DNA of 53,882 bases from Alphaproteobacteria bacterium MarineAlpha9_Bin1 (lineage in GTDB: Bacteria > Pseudomonadota > Alphaproteobacteria > TMED109). Below the pieces are notes generated by a model that worked only from the letters and a program-made list of their open reading frames with translations, ran no database searches and was not told the DNA's origin. The stretch lies in the NCBI GenBank assembly GCA_002937675.1, contig PTKJ01000001.1, positions 1 to 53,882 on the forward strand, written 5' to 3'. The position numbers and the translations under genes were made by a program. Each line of letters opens with the position of its first letter. Position 1 is the first letter of the stretch. Shown one piece after another: positions 8,431 through 17,411 of the stretch.

Positions 8431-9273
8431 ATGTCACTAAATAAAACAGATCTTAATGACGCAAAGAATTTTTATGAAGAAAACGGGGTTGCCGTTCTAA
8501 GAAATGTTCTTGATGAAAAATACCTAGAACCTATGCGGAAAGCTATAGATAACGTATTGCAAAACCCTGGTTCTGCTTCTATTGAATATACACCTCCTAA
8601 TGAAAAAGGAAGGTATTATGGGGACTTTTTTATTTGGAGAACTAATGAAACATTTAAAAATTTTGCCTTCAAATCAGTTTTACCCGAAATTGCAGCAAAT
8701 ATTTCAGAAAGTAAAAAAATAAATTTTTTTTATGACCAGTTGCTTGTCAAAGAACCAAGTACTAAAGAGCTAACTCCATGGCATCATGACCTTCCTTATT
8801 GGCCTATAAGAGGACAAAAAATTATTTCCATTTGGGTACCTTTTGATGATGTAACAAAGGAAACAGGAGCAGTCGAATATATAAAAGGTTCACATAAGTG
8901 GAACAAAATGTTTGCTCCCGCTTCTTTTGGCAAAAAAACTAAATTTTCTGATTTATACGATAAAATGGGATTAGAAAAAATACCTGATATTGACTCCAAC
9001 AAAGGTAATTATGACATTATTTCTTGGGATGTAAAACCAGGAGATATAATCCTTCATCATCCTTTAGTTTTACATTCGTCATCTGGAAATTCATCTTCTG
9101 CAAAGAGAAGAAGAGGGTTGGCTCTCCGATATGTCGGAGAAGATGTAGTTTGGGATGGTAGGGAAGGAACATTTATGGAAAATAAAAAGATCCAAAAACT
9201 TTTACCTCCAATAAATTTAAATGATGGTGACATTCTAACAAGTGAGTTGTTTCCCGTTATCTGGCAACAGTAG
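8431..9273 (+). CDS. Fe(II)/2-oxoglutarate dioxygenase, phytanoyl-CoA dioxygenase (PhyH) family
   Basis: WHHDLPYWP (HxD) with distal His in ILHHPLVLHSS and Arg in RRGLALRY. 280 aa. Confidence 0.75.
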   Translation: MSLNKTDLNDAKNFYEENGVAVLRNVLDEKYLEPMRKAIDNVLQNPGSASIEYTPPNEKGRYYGDFFIWRTNETFKNFAFKSVLPEIAANISESKKINFFYDQLLVKEPSTKELTPWHHDLPYWPIRGQKIISIWVPFDDVTKETGAVEYIKGSHKWNKMFAPASFGKKTKFSDLYDKMGLEKIPDIDSNKGNYDIISWDVKPGDIILHHPLVLHSSSGNSSSAKRRRGLALRYVGEDVVWDGREGTFMENKKIQKLLPPINLNDGDILTSELFPVIWQQ

Positions 9274-9282
9274 AACCGACGG

Positions 9283-10056
9283 ATGCTAAATTATATTTGC
9301 AGCACAAGTGAAGATAAAACACCTTTAATTTTAATACATGGGATAGCAGGTACCTCAAAAGTATTCGAACCACAAATTAATGAGTTTGGTAAACAATACT
9401 ACGTCATCTCCATAGATTTGCCAGGATATGGGAGGTCTTCAATGCTAGAAAATACCAGTATTTCTAGTTATGCTAATGCTGTTTATGATTTTTTGATTTC
9501 TCATGCATTAGAATCTCCTATTTTGTTAGGGCATTCATTAGGTGGAATGATTGTTCAAAAAATTATCACTCAACACCCATCGTATGCAAAAGCATCCATA
9601 TTAGTTGGAACTTCATCTAAATTTGGCGGCAATGATGTATTATGGCAAAAACACTTTATAAATTCTCGCTTAAGACCATTAAATGAAGGAAAAACTTTAG
9701 CAGAAATTTCTGAATCATTGATAAATAATATAGTTGGCCCCAAGACTGAAAAAAAAATTATTAAGTTTGCATCTAACATTATGTCTTCTATATCTGATAA
9801 GTCCTACAGAGTAGCTATAAACTCTTTAATAGGTTTTGATCTTAAAAATAAATTATCAAGTATATCTATTCCGACATTATTAATTGCTGGAGAAAATGAC
9901 AACCAAGCTCCTGCCAAAATAATGCGAAGAATGTCTGAGAATATAAAACTAAGCCAGTTTGTAGTAATTAATGAGTGTGGACATTTAATAAACATTGAAA
10001 AGCCTGTTGATTTTAACAATGCTCTAAAAGATTTTTTTATAAAATATAATCTTTAA
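9283..10056 (+). CDS. Alpha/beta-fold hydrolase (enol-lactonase / MhpC / deformylase-like)
   Basis: LILIHGIAGT oxyanion region, nucleophile elbow GHSLGG, and C-terminal ECGHL. Confidence 0.85.
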   Translation: MLNYICSTSEDKTPLILIHGIAGTSKVFEPQINEFGKQYYVISIDLPGYGRSSMLENTSISSYANAVYDFLISHALESPILLGHSLGGMIVQKIITQHPSYAKASILVGTSSKFGGNDVLWQKHFINSRLRPLNEGKTLAEISESLINNIVGPKTEKKIIKFASNIMSSISDKSYRVAINSLIGFDLKNKLSSISIPTLLIAGENDNQAPAKIMRRMSENIKLSQFVVINECGHLINIEKPVDFNNALKDFFIKYNL

Positions 10057-10073
10057 AAAAGTAAGGAAAAAAA

Positions 10074-11336
10074 ATGCAATCTAAAGACCTTAAATTTGAT
10101 GAACCCATGTTTGAAAGTAAGGCTTTTCAGCTTACAGATGAAGAAGAGAAAATTTGTAAAAAAGCTCGGGAGTTAGGAAGTGAAAAATTCGCCCCAAGAG
10201 CTTATCAATATGATGACGAAGCAAAATTTCCAACAGAAAATTACAAAGATCTGCATAAAGAAGGGTTTCTTGGAATATGCATACCCAAAGAAAATGGGGG
10301 ATTGGGTGCAAGCTTTAGATGTTATACATTAGCAGCAGCGGAAATAGGAAGATACTGTGGATCTACAGCTCTAACCTGGAACATGCATGTATGTTCAACT
10401 CTTTGGACCGGATCTCTTACAGATGATTTAAATATGCCAAATAACATATACCAAGAGCACCGTAAACAGAGAACTATCCACTACAATCGCATAATAAATG
10501 ATGGAGCTATTTACTCTCAACCTTTCTCTGAGAGCGGAAGTGCGGCAGCAGGAACAACTCCCTTTTCTACTATCGCTGAACCTGTAAAAAATGGATGGAG
10601 AATAAATGGGAAAAAGATATTTGCATCCTTAGCTGGACATGCTTCTTATTACGGTATTCTTTGTACTGAAAAATTAGCTGACAAAGAGCCAAGTCAAAAA
10701 AACACCCTTTATCTTGCTATTCCTGCTAATCAAGAGGGAGTAAGTGTTATAGGAGATTGGAATCCTCTTGGGATGAGAGGTACAGTATCAAGAACTCTTA
10801 TTTTCAAAGATGTATTTGTTCCTAACGAATCCGCTTTAATGCCTAGAGGTATGTATTTTGAAGCAGCAAGAAGATGGCCACACATGTTTTTAACGTTATC
10901 ACCTACTTATGTGGGTTTAGCTCAAGCTGCATTAGATTTTACGGTCAAATATCTCAGAGGAGAACTACCAGGAACCCCTCCCATAAAAAGAAGAATGTAT
11001 CCTACCAAACAAATAACTGTGGCTGAAATGCAAATACAATTAGAATCTTTAAAAGCATTATGGTTTCAAAGTATTTCAGAAGCCTGTGTTGACCCTAGTC
11101 CAGCACAAATAAAAAGAGCTTATGCCACACAGTTTTCAGTAATGGAAGGAGCACATAAAATCGCTCAATTAGCTATCAGAACATGTGGAGGGCAAGCAAT
11201 GCTCAAATCATTGTCTTTAGAGAGGATTCTCAGAGATAGCCGTTGTGGCTCCTTAATGCTCCCATGGACTGCAGAAATATGTCTAGATAGATTAGGCAAA
11301 GTCTCTCTTTACAACCCAGGAGAAACTGATCAGTAA
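10074..11336 (+). CDS. Acyl-CoA dehydrogenase-fold flavoprotein (atypical; may be a dehydrogenase or an ACAD-fold oxygenase)
   Basis: 420 aa with ACAD-like blocks (KEGFLGICIPKENGGLG, YSQPFSESGS, WNPLGMRGT, ERILRD). The usual C-terminal YEG Glu position reads LPW. Confidence 0.75.
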   Translation: MQSKDLKFDEPMFESKAFQLTDEEEKICKKARELGSEKFAPRAYQYDDEAKFPTENYKDLHKEGFLGICIPKENGGLGASFRCYTLAAAEIGRYCGSTALTWNMHVCSTLWTGSLTDDLNMPNNIYQEHRKQRTIHYNRIINDGAIYSQPFSESGSAAAGTTPFSTIAEPVKNGWRINGKKIFASLAGHASYYGILCTEKLADKEPSQKNTLYLAIPANQEGVSVIGDWNPLGMRGTVSRTLIFKDVFVPNESALMPRGMYFEAARRWPHMFLTLSPTYVGLAQAALDFTVKYLRGELPGTPPIKRRMYPTKQITVAEMQIQLESLKALWFQSISEACVDPSPAQIKRAYATQFSVMEGAHKIAQLAIRTCGGQAMLKSLSLERILRDSRCGSLMLPWTAEICLDRLGKVSLYNPGETDQ

Positions 11337-11343
11337 AAGTCAG

Positions 11344-12906
11344 ATGAAAAATAATTTATATAAATACATAGAAGAACATTCTATTAATAACCCAGAAAAA
11401 ATAGCGATAAATTTTGAACAGACTACTATAAATTATCTTCAATTATTTAATAGAATTGAATTACTAGCCTCATATATATCTATAAATTTAAAATGTAAAA
11501 AGGGAGACAGAATTGCAATTCTATCTTTAAATAGAATAGAATTTATTACTCTTTTTTATGCTTGTTCTAAATTAGGAACCATTTTAGTTCCCATTAATTG
11601 GAGGCTAACAAAATATGAAATAACAAATATTCTTAAAAATGTGACTGCAAAATTATTATTTACTGAATTAGAATTTAAAAACACTATAAGTGAACTGTAT
11701 ATTAACATTCCTAAACTAAGAATAATTGGGATAGATTTTATTCCCCAAACAAAATTATCTTTAAAAAATAGCATAAAAATTAATAAAAATTCAGAAGTCA
11801 AAAAAATTATTAGTGATTTTAATCACCCCATACTTATTGTTCACACGTCAGGTACGACAGGACAAGCAAAAGGAGCAGTTCTATCACAAAAAGCTGTTTA
11901 TTATAATATATTGAACAGCATACATATGCACAAATTGGAAAAATCAGATCATATTCTAACAGTAATTCCCTTATTCCATGTAGGTGGCTTAAATATTCAA
12001 ACCATTCCTGCTATACACATTGGTGCTACAGTTACTTTACATAGAAAGTTTGATTTGAAAGAAACATTTAAAGCATTAAAATTATTAAAACCTACATTTA
12101 CAGTATTCGTACCAACGATCATGGAAGCAATTCTAAATTTTAAAGATTGGAGTCCTCTAAAATTTTCTTCATTAAAAGCAATTACTACTGGATCTACAAT
12201 AATTGCTCCCGATTTAATAAAAACTTATGAAGAAAACAATATTCCTATAATCCAAGTTTATGGTTCTACTGAAACTGGACCAATTGCCGTCTGCCAGAAT
12301 TTATCCGAGAAAAGGAAACCATACGGAAACTCGGGTACACCAGCATTATACACGAAAGCGGAAATTTTTAATAATAAAAATGAAATGGTAAAAAAAAATA
12401 TTATTGGTGAGATTGGTATCCGTGGACCTAATTTATTTTCTTACTACTGGAAAGATAAAAAAGAAACAAAAAAAGCTTTTATTAATGGCTGGTTTATGAC
12501 AGGGGATTACGCAAAAAAAAATGAAAAGAACCAATTTTTTATAGCAGGACGAAAAGAGAATATAATTATATCAGGAGGAGAAAATATTTACTCTGCAGAA
12601 TTAGAACAAGTGTTTTTAAAAGAAAAAAATATAGAAGAAGCTGCAGTTATTGGAATCCCAGATAAAAAATGGCAAGAAATACCTATAGCTTTTGTGAAAA
12701 CAAAAAAACAATTTAAATTGAATGAATATCTAATTAATAATAACTTAAAAAAAAAACTAGCAAAATATAAGATACCTAGAATATTAATTAAAATAGATGA
12801 GATTCCTAAAAATGCCTTAGGAAAAATTGATTATAAATTGCTAAGAGACTATTATAACGACTTAAAATCAAGAAAGAAATTAAAGAAAACAAGTAATGTT
12901 ATTTAG
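11344..12906 (+). CDS. AMP-dependent acyl/aryl-CoA ligase
   Basis: AMP-binding motif HTSGTTGQAKGAVLS, YGSTETG, and GWFMTGD. C-terminal lysine in PKNALGKIDYK. Confidence 0.85.
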   Translation: MKNNLYKYIEEHSINNPEKIAINFEQTTINYLQLFNRIELLASYISINLKCKKGDRIAILSLNRIEFITLFYACSKLGTILVPINWRLTKYEITNILKNVTAKLLFTELEFKNTISELYINIPKLRIIGIDFIPQTKLSLKNSIKINKNSEVKKIISDFNHPILIVHTSGTTGQAKGAVLSQKAVYYNILNSIHMHKLEKSDHILTVIPLFHVGGLNIQTIPAIHIGATVTLHRKFDLKETFKALKLLKPTFTVFVPTIMEAILNFKDWSPLKFSSLKAITTGSTIIAPDLIKTYEENNIPIIQVYGSTETGPIAVCQNLSEKRKPYGNSGTPALYTKAEIFNNKNEMVKKNIIGEIGIRGPNLFSYYWKDKKETKKAFINGWFMTGDYAKKNEKNQFFIAGRKENIIISGGENIYSAELEQVFLKEKNIEEAAVIGIPDKKWQEIPIAFVKTKKQFKLNEYLINNNLKKKLAKYKIPRILIKIDEIPKNALGKIDYKLLRDYYNDLKSRKKLKKTSNVI

Positions 12907-13909
12907 AGTCATCATATTCTGTCTCGTCTTTTTTGGATCCTTCAAATCTTATGCTGATACTACTACCTTGCGTATGGCAAATTGGCTGCCTCCTACCCAT
13001 CCATGGGTACTAAACATCATGATTCCTTGGATAGAAAAAGTTAAAGTTGCTACAAAAGGTAGAATAACTATAGAAATTCTAAAGGCACCATTAGGACCCC
13101 CTCCAGCACATTTTGATTTTGCAGTAAATGGAATTGTGGATATTACTTATGGCGTACATAATTATACAGCAGGACGTTTTCCAACAACTAGACTCGCAGA
13201 GCTTCCTTTTCTGAGCAATAGTTCAGAAATTTTATCTGTAGCCTGGCAAAGAATTTATGAAAGAGAATTGTTAAAACTAAATGAACATAAAGGCACGCAT
13301 CTTTTAGGAGTTTTTACACATGGTCCGGGCCAACTATGGCTTAACAACTTCTATAATTCGTTAGAAAGTATAAAAGGATTAAAAATTAGAATTGGCGGTG
13401 GAATTGCTCAGAGCTCTGCTAAAGCTTTGGGTTTAGTTCCTCTTCAAGCTCCTGTTACTAAAGCTTATGAGCTTTTGTCAGGAGGAGTAGCAGATGGAAT
13501 AACACTTCCTGCGGAAAGTATATCTTTTTTTAAATTAGATAGAATAATAAAGCAGGGATTTCTAGTAGAAGGTGGTCTATATAACGTAAGTATGTTTGTA
13601 GTTATGAATAAAAAAAAATGGGATTCACTATCTAAAATAGATCAAGAAGCTATAACATCTGTCTCCAGGATAGAGCTTGCAAAACTTGCTGGAAAAGCTT
13701 GGGATAATGCAGACAGAGAAGGAATAACAATATCAAAGCAAAATGGTGTAAAAATTACTCAACTATCTGAAAGTGACAAAAAATTAATAAAAAAAATATT
13801 ATCACCCATTATTGAAGAAACACTCAAGAAGATAGAAAAAGAAAAAAATATAGATGCTCACAAAATATATTCATTGCTTATAGAAGAAATAAAGTCTCTG
13901 GAAAATTAA
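12896..13909 (+). CDS. TRAP transporter solute-binding protein (DctP family)
   Basis: Sec signal MLFRVIIFCLVFFGSFKSYA/DT. LRMANWLPPTHP block. Followed by Q and M components. 11-nt overlap with the ligase. Confidence 0.8.
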   Translation: MLFRVIIFCLVFFGSFKSYADTTTLRMANWLPPTHPWVLNIMIPWIEKVKVATKGRITIEILKAPLGPPPAHFDFAVNGIVDITYGVHNYTAGRFPTTRLAELPFLSNSSEILSVAWQRIYERELLKLNEHKGTHLLGVFTHGPGQLWLNNFYNSLESIKGLKIRIGGGIAQSSAKALGLVPLQAPVTKAYELLSGGVADGITLPAESISFFKLDRIIKQGFLVEGGLYNVSMFVVMNKKKWDSLSKIDQEAITSVSRIELAKLAGKAWDNADREGITISKQNGVKITQLSESDKKLIKKILSPIIEETLKKIEKEKNIDAHKIYSLLIEEIKSLEN

Positions 13910-13931
13910 TAAAAAATAAAATTCTAAAATA

Positions 13932-14501
13932 ATGTTAAATTTAATCTTTAAAATTTCCAATAAACTTCTATTAACTTTTTGTGTATTGGCTCTTACTATT
14001 TTAGTTATTATCACTGTGGTAGATGTGTTTGGCAGATATATTCTTGGATTACCATTGCCTGGAACATCTGAGATCACAGAAATACTTTTAGCTATTTTGG
14101 TATATATAGGGCTGCCCTACATATGCAGAGATGAAGGACACGTCACTGTTTCTATAATTTCTAATAGCCTAAAATATTCTCTTGCTCGGATACATAGCGT
14201 AATAATAAATGCAATTTCTTGTATTATTTTGCTTATTATTTCAAAACAATTATACGACCATGGTATTAATTTATATTCTTATAATGATATAACTACGTTT
14301 TTGGAAATTCCAAAAGCTCCGATAGCATTTTTGATGTCATTTCTTACATTATTAGCTTCAATAATGACTTTATTAAACTGCTACAACTACTTAATAGATA
14401 AAAGGTCTGTTAAAACTCAGTCTCCTGAAGATAGGATGTACGCTGCATATAAAAGACCAGGGATAATAGAATCATCTCTAGATGAAAAAGACCAGGAATA
14501 A
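13932..14501 (+). CDS. TRAP transporter small permease (DctQ family)
   Basis: 189-aa protein with four predicted TM segments, lying between the DctP and DctM genes. Confidence 0.75.
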   Translation: MLNLIFKISNKLLLTFCVLALTILVIITVVDVFGRYILGLPLPGTSEITEILLAILVYIGLPYICRDEGHVTVSIISNSLKYSLARIHSVIINAISCIILLIISKQLYDHGINLYSYNDITTFLEIPKAPIAFLMSFLTLLASIMTLLNCYNYLIDKRSVKTQSPEDRMYAAYKRPGIIESSLDEKDQE

Positions 14502-14535
14502 ATCATGAAAATAATAATAAAAGTGTTATTTTAAA

Positions 14536-15834
14536 ATGCTGGTATGGGTTCTTGGCTTAATATTAGTAATTATTCTGATTGCCTTAGGTTTGCCAATTGC
14601 ATTTTCAATGATGATTATCGGCTTTTTGGGTTTGACTTATATTATAGGCTTAGAACCCGCCTTAGCCATGGTTGGACAAGTATTTTTTGATAATGGGATG
14701 AGCTATTCTCTTTCCATTTTACCTTTGTTTCTTCTCATGGGAAACTTTGTAGTAAAAGCAGGACTAGCTGATGAACTTTATTCTGCATCTAACGCCTGGC
14801 TAAGACATAAAAAAGGAGGACTAGCTATGGCAACAGTACTAGCTTGTGGAGGGTTTAGTTCAGTATGCGGGTCATCCTTAGCAACTGCAGCTACAATGGC
14901 TAAAATCGCTTTACCATCAATGAAGAAATATGGTTATTCTGATTCCTTATCAACTGGAGTTATTGCAGCTGGAGGAACACTAGGAATCTTAATACCACCG
15001 TCAATGATTTTAGTAATTTATGGAATTATTACTAGTCAAGACATAGGACAATTATTTTTAGCAGGAATAGTTCCCGGCTTATTAGGAATTATTGGATACA
15101 TTATAGCTGTAAAAATTTCATTATGGTTTGAAAAAGACTCTTATACTAGCCTGCCACCTCTACCTTTTTTAGAAAAAGTAAAAGCTCTAAAAGGCGTAAT
15201 CGGAATCTTAAGCCTATTTACTATTGTCATGGGAGGAATATATTTAGGTATATTTACTGCTACTGAAGCAGCTGGAATAGGAGCTTTTGGTTCTTTACTA
15301 ATTATTATTTTAAAAAGAAAAATTTCCATTAGTTCTTTTATTGAAACACTAATCGAGACAGCTAAAATTACGACTATGCTATTTTTTTTACTTTTTGGAG
15401 CAATAGTATTTTCAAATTTTATAAACTTAGCCGGCCTGCCAAATGATCTTGTAGACTTTTTGTCCTTATTCAATTTTAATCTCTACACATTACTAATTGG
15501 TATTTTTATTATTTATCTGATTCTTGGAATGATTCTAGAAAGCCTTTCAATGATGATGCTTACAGTTCCAATATTTTATCCTTTAGTATCGGAAATGGGA
15601 GGAAATTTAATTTGGTTTGGAATTCTCGTTGTAGTTGCAGTTGAAATTAGTTTAATTACACCTCCTGTCGGCCTAAATGTTCATATATTAAAAACTATTG
15701 TTAAAAATACGGTAAGTTTAAAAACTATTTTTAAAGGCGTAATTCCGTTTGTTTTGATTGATATAATTAGACTAATAATATTATTATTAATACCTGCTAT
15801 TGCGTTATTCCTGCCATATAGTATAGCTTCCTAA
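14536..15834 (+). CDS. TRAP transporter large permease (DctM family)
   Basis: 432-aa polytopic membrane protein with DctM-like blocks (GGLAMATVLACGGFSSVCGSS, GTLGILIPPS). Confidence 0.9.
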   Translation: MLVWVLGLILVIILIALGLPIAFSMMIIGFLGLTYIIGLEPALAMVGQVFFDNGMSYSLSILPLFLLMGNFVVKAGLADELYSASNAWLRHKKGGLAMATVLACGGFSSVCGSSLATAATMAKIALPSMKKYGYSDSLSTGVIAAGGTLGILIPPSMILVIYGIITSQDIGQLFLAGIVPGLLGIIGYIIAVKISLWFEKDSYTSLPPLPFLEKVKALKGVIGILSLFTIVMGGIYLGIFTATEAAGIGAFGSLLIIILKRKISISSFIETLIETAKITTMLFFLLFGAIVFSNFINLAGLPNDLVDFLSLFNFNLYTLLIGIFIIYLILGMILESLSMMMLTVPIFYPLVSEMGGNLIWFGILVVVAVEISLITPPVGLNVHILKTIVKNTVSLKTIFKGVIPFVLIDIIRLIILLLIPAIALFLPYSIAS

Positions 15835-15836
15835 AA

Positions 15837-16871
15837 TCATTTTAATTTTCCTTTTTCTACCACTTTTTTGCCATCTAAAGTAATAGTGGTATTCAAAATA
15901 GGAATATCAAAATGACCTGCCGTAGTTCTGCCAGCAAATTCATTAGCTCCCGTAGAAAATAAAAAGTTACCGGCAAGTGCTCTTAGTTCTGTGCCATTAG
16001 TATCTCTTTGATCATACATCGAAAGAGCCTCATATCGTGCTTTTAAGTTCATCCCCCACCCCACATGACTAACCGCGTATGCATTTTTATCATTCCAGAC
16101 GGAAAAATAATTTTTCATTAAATCTACATCAACTCCCTCTCCCAATATATCAACTACAAAATCATTTTTAATGCCCAGAGTAATAGGACTTTCAACATAT
16201 TTTTTAAAAGTTAAATTGATATCACCCCTATTGATAACAAGTTTACCATTAACTTGTTTAGAACGAGGAAAAGCTACAACCATTCCTCCAGGCCAGTGAG
16301 ACATAGTACCCTTTTTAGCCGTATAACCCCAAACACCTACTGCTGGAGCATCAACCAATCCAATATTTAAATCTGTTCCTGCTTCAGAATAGACATGCAT
16401 TTGTTTTGCTTCCCTTAATTTTTTTGCAGCTATCTTTACCTTAGTCTCTAAATCGACATCTGGTAATAACCGTTCCAGAGCTTCCGGATGTTCATTTGAA
16501 ACCATTAAAATACGGGCTCCAGATTTTAAAATCTCAGCTGTTTCAGGAGAATGAAGTAGGCCTTCCACAGTTAAATCTACAATGAAATCAGAAGCACATA
16601 AAGCAGCTAATACCGCTAAATCGCCATCAATGGCTTGCGATGCTCCTGTAGATCTAATAGGAATATTATATTTGTTAATTGGACTTACTAATTTTACATG
16701 TGCAGGTCTTATACCTAAATTTTGTAAGGCTAGTTCAGTTATATGCACATTTATTTCACGTGATTGAGTTTCAGATAAAATTACTACAGTTTCATTAGGT
16801 TTAACTTGGCATAACTTGAAAACTTCTTCAAAAGCCTTTATCCACTTGCCTTCTATTCTATCTGCAAACAT
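15837..16871 (-). CDS. NicX-like Fe(II) ring-cleavage dioxygenase (2,5-dihydroxypyridine 5,6-dioxygenase / aminopeptidase-T-like fold family)
   Basis: Blocks LLHSPE, HWPGG, GDINLTFKKY, SHVGWG, GNFLFSTGANE and HFDIP parallel my recollection of Pseudomonas putida NicX. ATG at 16871 follows GAGGTG; the GTG at 16877 is an alternative start. Confidence 0.55.
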   Translation of the reverse strand: MFADRIEGKWIKAFEEVFKLCQVKPNETVVILSETQSREINVHITELALQNLGIRPAHVKLVSPINKYNIPIRSTGASQAIDGDLAVLAALCASDFIVDLTVEGLLHSPETAEILKSGARILMVSNEHPEALERLLPDVDLETKVKIAAKKLREAKQMHVYSEAGTDLNIGLVDAPAVGVWGYTAKKGTMSHWPGGMVVAFPRSKQVNGKLVINRGDINLTFKKYVESPITLGIKNDFVVDILGEGVDVDLMKNYFSVWNDKNAYAVSHVGWGMNLKARYEALSMYDQRDTNGTELRALAGNFLFSTGANEFAGRTTAGHFDIPILNTTITLDGKKVVEKGKLK

Positions 16872-17011
16872 TTTCACCTCATTAAAATGATCTTATCATT
16901 ATCAATATTCCAACAAAAGCTAGCATTATAAAAAATATTATAGAAATAAAAAATTATTTTTTAACAATAAATTATATTGCATTGCTTATTATTAAACATT
17001 TATCCTGCGTT

Positions 17012-17401
17012 ATGATAAATAAAACCGTTACACACAAAGGAGGGTGTCACTGTAAAAGGATAAGATATGAACTAATTGGGCCTCAAAGCATAAATGTATT
17101 GGAGTGTTCATGTTCTATATGTTTACCCATTTTATATTTGCACTACATAGTTCCAAAAGATAAATTTAAGCTGATTAGAGGCAAAAAATTTTTAACTATT
17201 TATCAATTTAACAAAAACATAGCAAAACATTACTTTTGTAGTGTATGTGGAATTAAATCATTTTATATTCCTAGATCTCACCCTAATTCAATAAGTGTAA
17301 ATGCAAGATGCATAGATGAGGGCACAATAAAAAAGATAAAAACGACCAAGTTCGATGGAAAAAATTGGGAAAAAAATATAGACGCTTTAAAAAATAACTA
17401 A
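17012..17401 (+). CDS. GFA family (glutathione-dependent formaldehyde-activating / CENP-V-like) Zn-Cys protein
   Basis: HKGGCHCKRIRYEL, CSCSIC, and HYFCSVCG cysteine pattern. ATG at 17012 preferred over the TTG at 16982. Confidence 0.7.
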   Translation: MINKTVTHKGGCHCKRIRYELIGPQSINVLECSCSICLPILYLHYIVPKDKFKLIRGKKFLTIYQFNKNIAKHYFCSVCGIKSFYIPRSHPNSISVNARCIDEGTIKKIKTTKFDGKNWEKNIDALKNN

Positions 17402-17411
17402 GGAAATTAAT

